DNA from: Phoronis australis
Lineage: Eukaryota > Animalia > Phoronida
Assembly (NCBI GenBank): GCA_002633005.1
Contig: NMRA01000231.1
Coordinates: forward strand, 209,777 to 250,516
DNA: 40,740 nt
Direction of reading: 5' to 3'
The notes under the pieces are model-generated. The model saw only the letters and a program-made list of their open reading frames with translations, had not been told where the DNA came from and did not search any database. The position numbers and the translations under genes were made by a program. Shown here in pieces: positions 33,474 through 40,740 of this stretch (the stretch's first letter is position 1; every line of letters starts with the position of its first letter).

Positions 33474-36400
33474 TCTTCACCCGCCTGAAACAAGGTCAAA
33501 GTGATCAGAATGCACCAGATCGCCAGCTAATATTTCGGAAAGTTGATGATGAATGTAGTTTTTGTTAGATCCCGGCGTAACACCACATAATGTCTAACAA
33601 AAATCATTGTCAATTGTCATAAATGACTCGGAAATATTAATGGTCCAAACGCAAATTTTTGGAAAGAACTAAGAATTGGAAACAAGATGGGCGCAACAGC
33701 AAATGAGATATCTTCGGGTTAATGTAAGTAAATTCGTCATTCTTGACAAACATCAAGGAAAAACGAGGGTTTTTACAAAATATAATTTCGGAAAACTCTT
33801 CTTTAAAACAGTGCGTTTATTTGATGTCCCCTCACCTTGTGGCCATTTTAATTTTAATAAGACATTCCTTGAAACGTCTCCGAATGATATCCGGAGAACC
33901 GATTGATGAATGTGAGTGACATTAGCGTCGAAGATGTGTGTCACGGAGATGTACATGTACCTGAACCCGCGGTCGACAAGGCTTGCAGGACCGTGAGCAC
34001 ATACAACACCGGGAACGACTTCGAAAACTTAAACCTGCAGCCACCTACTGAAGGACACAGGCGGCACCTCCGTGTGAGTTATTAAACTTACACGAAACTT
34101 CTTTAAAACGCTGGAAATACAAAGTTCGTACGCTCAAACCTACCTCAGTGATCAATTCTTGGCTGACCGAGCTCGACCTGTATATCGTCTTTTTAATTCA
34201 GACAGGTCATCGTGGTATTCAGGTATTGTAAGTCTGTACACCATAAACACTGGGCCGTGGATGACTAACAATGATGAAAAAAACATTTGATACTCCGGAG
34301 TGCACCTCCCACTACTTTCTGGATTTATATGCAGGGAGATAGAAAGCCTATTTCCCCGAGGTGATGTGACATAAAATGACTTAAAGGTACATGAAATCGT
34401 TAAGGTATGTCCCACGGTCTGGGCCTCTTAACTAGACTCTGTGTCTTGGACTCAACAATAAGAGCGCACCCCCGCCGAAATACGATTCGCTCTAAATCAT
34501 GCTGTAAGTGGAAAACCGAATACGTTAAACTTGTTATTGGCACAGATTTAATGGTATGTTGGGCTACATAAAGCCTGCAGTTAAAAATATCAGAATGTAC
34601 AGTCGATCTTGGATAAGCCGAACATATTAGAGCCCTGGCGTGATATTCGGTGAATGTGACGAATTTCTGCATTAGACGTTTTCTTGCTACGTTAGGATCT
34701 AATATTCGCGTACATGCAGACCAACACGAACTGCTTGCCCATTAAAAATTGTGCACCTTGAGCCCTTCTCGCCTTTGAAATCGTACATGTATACATACAC
34801 TAGGCAGATCTAAGCGCTAATAGGATTTTCACGCAAGTGGACGGTAAAGCATGCACTGTTTATCCCCAGAGTATCCAGCGAACTCCTCGGCACATCAAAG
34901 GTTTGATGGCGCGTTCACGGATTGAAGTCTGGCTGGTCCGCTACATGTACGTGCCTCTAGCCAGCACCGACGCTGGCTACTGACCACCTAGCGGCACGCT
35001 GGGAACCAGCGAGGGATTGAAGGGAGCTAGTCTCCATCCATGGAGTGGGCTGGCCGTGCTGGATAAGATAATTGCGGTCCTAAACCAACTCGCCTGTTTA
35101 GCGTACACATTTCAAAGTCAAAAAACGAACAGTAAGTAAGGCGAAAAACGACCAACATAACTGTTTTTAAAATTGAAATGTAACAGATACCCTGAAATTT
35201 CACATAGGCTTAAAATAGACGCTCAGTCCGTATATATGACGGCGTTTATTAAAGATATGGAGTTTGTCTATTACTAGCCAGCTAGACCAAAATTACGGAG
35301 ACCAACAGAAAACCATATTTTAATTGTTCGCTGCAAGGTCAAGTCGTGATAAACTACTAAAGTATATCAGTGTCGGCGGCGTTTTCGTCTGTTTGGCCGC
35401 ATCCTGTGAAGGAACCAGGTTCTCTAGCAACACCCCCGCCTTGTTATCTCGGGGAAAAATGTTTTGAGAGGCATGACACGCGAAAGCTCGTAAAAAATCT
35501 CTTTTAAACAATTCTTGACGAAGGTCCAATCTTGCAACATCTACTTAACAGTTATTAGCTTTCTCCTGTGGCAGAATTTCCAGAACAAATAACAAAATCC
35601 ATGATTTTTGAGATACGCACAAAAAAAACACTCTGTATTCACCACAGAGATTTTAATGTCCCTCCCACTTAAATAAATGAGTGCATGTGCTCACAGGCAT
35701 TCGAAAAACAGCTGACTGACAGGATGGATAATATGGCAGATTTTCATGGGTGATCGCCCTCTGAATCTGAGGTCGGCAACACAGTATGAGGCAGACCAGT
35801 GAAGCAAGCAATTTTCCAAAAATAATTCCAAGTGCACTTAAGAATATATTTGAATATTGAAATACCTTTAAAACAAATTTTAACTAGGTAGGACTTGCAT
35901 TAATTGACCTGTCACCGGGATTTTGAGTGACGGCTTGCCTGACCAATCAGAACGCAGCATTCTTGACACCTTCATCGTTTCTAAGCCGCCATTTTACATG
36001 ACAGACAACATGTTGCTGGGTAAAACTTTTTGTTTGTTTGTGGACATTTCGCAGAGGGGTGGAGAGCTTGCAATAGGTCAATTGCCTCTTAGTCGGACTG
36101 GTAGCCATTGAAATCGTCATTGTTTTGCTTACATCAAAGGTCAAAAGTCACAATACCGATATAAAGGAAATGTACTACGTCTTGTTTTGCCAAACATGGA
36201 GACGTGCTTTGCCTTCATCGACCAAGTGACAAGCAGTTGACAGATGTTTTTTAAATTTCACACCAAAAGAAAAATGCTATGACATCATCATATTAATTTA
36301 AAATATTTACGAACAAACAATAAAAATACGTGTTGAGCAGGTTGAATTTGGTCTCGGTGGCAGAGAACCATTCTCAATAATGCAGTTCAGTCTCTTTTCC

Positions 36401-37496
36401 CACTTCAGATCTATCGGCTATATTAGCTTGACGGTTTTCTAGATGCTAATTTCACATCACTTCTACGTCGACGCGTCCGGCAAAATATGGCCTAGCTAGA
36501 AGTTTTTTAACACAAAATCTCAGCATATGGCAAATATACTACCCCAAGGATCTCACCCAACAGAGTGAAATTAAACAATCCTTTCGTGACGCGAATAATC
36601 TATGCCGGAAAGGCTCCTCTTCGTTTACCAACATGTGAATGATTTTGTTGATAACCGGTTGTACACGTGTTTTTCTGAACACAATCCATAGCTGCGTGTT
36701 CTTGTAGATTATTAGGCCTAAATATACCTGGCACTATATCTAAATTTTAATAGGCCGCAAGATTTGGTTTTTGCTTCACTTCAACAGACGACAGTGATCT
36801 CTTAAGTCCAGACTGATTTAAATATCAATCTAGTCCTTTGTTAAGCGTTTCATTCTGTTGTCCAGCATTCCGACTCGTGGGCCAATGACCTCATGTATTC
36901 AAAGAGTTGCTAAAACAATTCATCTACCCGTGGGTAAAGGCAGAGAGAATCGAACGCAGGTCACCTCAACTCAGTAAACATGATCAGCATTGGACGAGGG
37001 ATTCAGAAATGCTATTGGTTAACGTTCAAATGTTATATCTTACCGGTAACTTTTGTTTTTAACAACACAGCCCGGTCAGGCTAGATACCATGTTATTGGA
37101 TCATTTGTAAGAGCAATTATCGAACAAAATGGAGCACCAACCCTAAATGACAGAATGGAGTTCATCAGTCGTGTAGGATATTGGCTGCAGGGGTCATCTT
37201 CCCAACTTGTTGTTGGGCTATAGAATCGAACAAGTTGGGAGCAACGGGAAGACGCCGTAATGTGCTGTGACTATAACGGGTCCGATGATCGAGTTCGTTA
37301 TCGCTCACTGGCAAATCACAATCAAGGTCCATATTCGGTGGCAACTTTTGGTGAAAAACGAAGGTTGTCATATACAGTAACTGTAAAAGCTGGGTTATTT
37401 TAAAGTACCATCATTCCAGGTTTGTAATCTATAATATTTTTGCACAAGAATCACCGAATAAAATTTTATGGCCTAATGCATCACAGTTGTACAAAA

Positions 37497-38910
37497 GGGT
37501 ACGTACACTACGACTTGTCACAGTGGTCACAGCCAACTTCTACCATGCAAAAATTCATAAGGTAGCTGTTAATTTAACAAGTTCGTGATCAAATTGAAGA
37601 AGTATCACATACTAAAGTAAGAAAAGTTATTACCGTGATGATCAAGTTGTTCTAGATGATGATACATTGCATCTCTTAACACAGTATAATGAGAACTTCC
37701 TCTCTCATGCAACTGATTCTTACAAAAAGAAAATGGCAAGTAACTACTTTTTTCAAAAACTTTAATGGTGCTATTTGAGTAGTTTTGAATACAATCACCA
37801 GTTGGTCAAAATAGTTAAAGCAATGCTAGGACCAATGTTCCATTTGTAAAAATGGTACTGGTTGGGGGGGGGGGGGGGTNCGTACACTAAGCACAGTCAA
37901 TCAACTTCACAAATTTTGACTTAGTTACAAAAGTATGGGATGGTCTCGAGTTTTGTGCTGCCTCTACTTGTTGGTTTTTTGCAAGTTGTCTTGAGATATA
38001 GAGAACCTGCCTCTGCAACATCAGTAGTCACATGACGTGTCTTCAAGGATGTTAAGTAATAGCCAAGTCCTGTGTGGCATTTTATTGCCCAAAAATTTGA
38101 TAATGTCCATTGTTTCTTTTGTCATACTGGATTTATTTTGGAAATATCAGTATTGTTCATGAGAACAGCAGTATGTAAACAAAGTTGTGGGCAATGCTTT
38201 ATAGCATAGAGGTTGAAGGGCACGTACGCTACACAGGGGTACGTACACTACATTTCAATGATTTTGTCAGGTTTATAAAAATACTTAGAATCTACTGAGA
38301 GTTAGTTCATTTACCAAATCTATTCAAGGAGAACAAATAAAAAGTACAGCATGCATTTGCATACCTGTCTGTCATTCTTTGAAAACAGGCACATGTTAAA
38401 ATATAGGGGTACGTACACTACACAAATGCTAATATTTCACTCAAAACAAATGTATTTGTAATTAGCACCCTTTTAACCTAGCATTTTTAATGGATGAAAC
38501 TGTCTGTGACAAATGTTGCTTACTCATGGTGTAATGTTTTTGTTTTATGGCATTTGTTCACATCAAGGTACGTACATGTACGCTACACAGGGGTACGTAC
38601 ACTTCGTACATTTCAATGACATGTCAGGTTTGTAACTAAATAGTAAGAATCAACTGAGAGTTAGTTGATTTACTAAATCAATTCAAAGAGAAAAAATAAA
38701 AAAACACAGCATTCATGTGGATATAGGCACAAATTAAAATATAGGGGTACGTACACTACGCAATTTCAATCAAAACAAATGTAATTGTAATAAACACCTT
38801 TTTAATCTAACATTTTTGAGGTAGAAAACTGTCTACGACCAGTGTTGCTCACTTTCCAAGTGGTATTTTAATTTCATGGCATTTGTAAACATGGGGATAC
38901 ATACACTAAA
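37497..38910 (+). repeat. Repeat region with recurring GGGGTACGTACACTAC motif and a degenerate tandem duplication of about 350 bp (38221-38574 / 38575-38910)
   Basis: Motif at 37497, 37875, 38236, 38406, 38590 and 38744, degenerate at 38567 and 38893. The two units align by eye. Confidence 0.75.
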
Positions 38911-39671
38911 TCACTGTTTCTGCATCACATGGTAACACAATGTTGTATGGCCGCCATTTATTTTTCTTTGATGATAATAAGCACCATGTTGTTATTTAAA
39001 AGGCAATAATTTCATTTGCAATGACCATTTGTGTTACTGAACGGAATTCCACTACATTTTGTTAGCCTTCAGTTTGGCCCATTTTCAACATAGCAACATA
39101 GTCAATATCCAAACTTTTGGTTCATTATTTAGATATTGAATAATTTTCTGTGTTGAATAGGCTAACAGAGTTTGAACTTTAGTTTTTAACCTTCTTTACA
39201 GTAGGTGAGGGTTAGAAACAGAATTTACACATTCGTAACGAGTGCTTGTTTTATGATGAACCCTACCATTTCTCAATGATTAAGCAAAACTTCATTTAAG
39301 TGATTCTTAAAGTGACTTAAGTTGTTCCCAGTCATATCTAAGCAATTGCTTACTTGATAAAATAAATTTCTTTTCTACTGTTGCCAATTGAAAATTGTAA
39401 TTTTTAAAATGGCCACTCGGCGCGACGCTGAAAATGCATGAAATTCATAGACAAAAACATGCATAAATTTCTCAAACATTGTCCGATTTTGATGATTCTT
39501 TTTTATCTGCACAACTAAATAACTCTTTGCATTTGAGATTCAGTTGCCATTTAGTAAGTGACCAAAAAATTTTATTTTAGACCGTAACACAGTCAACCTT
39601 GATTGTGATTTAGCCGTCAACGTCACTTACCGCAGCGCCACTAAACGTTAATTCAGAATATTTTTACAGTC

Positions 39672-39715
39672 ATGGCGGAATATCTGGCGTCTATTTTTGG
39701 AACAGAAAAAGACAA
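39672..39715 (+). CDS. U2AF1: Splicing factor U2AF 35 kDa subunit, first coding exon (rest lies beyond the window)
   Basis: ATG GCG GAA TAT CTG GCG TCT ATT TTT GGA ACA GAA AAA GAC AA|GTAAGC encodes MAEYLASIFGTEKDK, the highly conserved U2AF35 N-terminus, followed by a phase-2 donor. Confidence 0.95.
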
Positions 39716-39882
39716 GTAAGCATGTTTAGAAATAATCGTTTTTACTGTCCGTGAATATGTAGATTTCAGTTAAATGTAATGGCATACTAGCAAGAAATTA
39801 ACGCTGTGTGACAATTCACGCTTTTGTGAACCATTTTCAGTTTGGATTCACTCGGCTGCTCGAGTTCTGTTGTGCGAGACTG

Positions 39883-40156
39883 ACTTGGAATCCTGCTTAA
39901 TCTCAAGATCGGGTATGTGTGAACTTGGAATAGCTGAGGAAACTTCACACTTTCGCTCGAATAATCACGTTCCCGTTCATAAGTATTGGCACTGCTAAAA
40001 ATAAGTGATCCTGAGGTCAATAATTATAAAAATTCTTTGCAGTGAACAAAAAGATATATACCTGATTCATCCTGATTGCCTCAATGACAATGGTTGAATG
40101 ATTCAATTCCAAGTTCACACACATACGCAATCTTGAGACTTATCAGAATTCCAAGT
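39883..40156. mobile_element. MITE-like element with inverted repeats of about 50 bp in U2AF1 intron 1
   Basis: acttggaatcctgcttaatctcaagatcgggtatgtgtgaacttggaat (39883-39931) versus attccaagttcacacacatacgcaatcttgagacttatcagaattccaagt (40106-40156). Confidence 0.7.
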
Positions 40157-40380
40157 ACACGCGTTACAGCGCAAGGTCAGGGACCTTGACAAGGTTTGAA
40201 AGTTGGCTGTGTAGGGTCGAGTTCAATTACGGTAGTAGGCTAGTTACTTGGTTGAAAAAGCAAGATCTCGTGGTGTGATATAGCTGTGTATTTTAGCCCC
40301 TAAATGGCCAACCGAGGGGCTACGTGTTGCCAACCATGCTTTCCTTGAAAATACAAGTCATAGGTTCATGGCGAGATTGT

Positions 40381-40685
40381 CCCATGCGAAAAAGAAAGTG
40401 AGAATCTCACTGGATTCCAGTTAGATTCCAGTTAGGTTCTCACTAAATCACCAATTACAGTTAGAAATGCCAGTGAGAACCCAGTGGGAATTGAACAACA
40501 GGGGCAGTCAGTGAGAATGAGTGAGAAAATGTTATGTAACAGTAAGAATCCAGTGAGAATTTTGGTCTTAGAAAAATTCTGAGTGAGAATCAGTGAGAAT
40601 TTCAGACTTAGGAAAAATCTGAGTGAGAATTGAGTGAGAATTTGGACTTGCCAAAATTGGAGTGAGAATTCAGTGAGAATCTGAG
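40381..40685 (+). repeat. Array of AGTGAGAAT motifs, possibly a transposon subterminal region
   Basis: More than 12 copies of agtgagaa(t)/agttag variants, a few inverted (tctcact), starting after cccatgcgaaaaa. Confidence 0.75.
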
Positions 40686-40740
40686 ATAAACAAACACCCT
40701 GATTGGCTGTAACTGTAGAAATTTCAGTTGAACCAGATTT

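Noticed and set aside
34858-35066. GC-richer block with an 8-bp hairpin and weak terminal inverted similarity
   Set aside because: The terminal match is too degenerate to define an element.
2186-39715. The four genes as a functional cluster
   Set aside because: A co-chaperone, a tetraspanin, a hydrolase and a splicing factor share no evident pathway, and adjacency in an animal genome is not evidence of a system.

Overview
AT-rich, intron-containing animal (probably invertebrate) genomic DNA from a gapped draft assembly, with a 701-N gap at 29351-30051 and single Ns at 23618 and 37880. It is not prokaryotic, so most ORFs in the supplied track are spurious. Reading splice sites by hand gives four genes. 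(1) A complete PIH1D2-like gene (+, 4 coding exons, 350 aa). (2) A complete tetraspanin (+, 5 coding exons, 283 aa) whose last exon and 3' flank occur twice in a 2.34 kb tandem duplication joined by one N, most likely two haplotypes. (3) A complete cyclase-family metallo-hydrolase of the KynB/isatin-hydrolase type (-, 3 coding exons, 275 aa) that looks secreted. (4) The first coding exon of U2AF1 (+), which the ORF track misses. Introns and intergenic DNA hold many transposon relics: two Penelope-like GIY-YIG fragments (one with an inverted pLTR and 12-bp flanking direct repeats), several MITE/fold-back elements, short-motif arrays and a tRNA-derived sequence. I see no convincing new multi-gene system. 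The secreted KynB-type enzyme and the Penelope structure are the most notable items. All identifications come from motif recognition; no searches were run.
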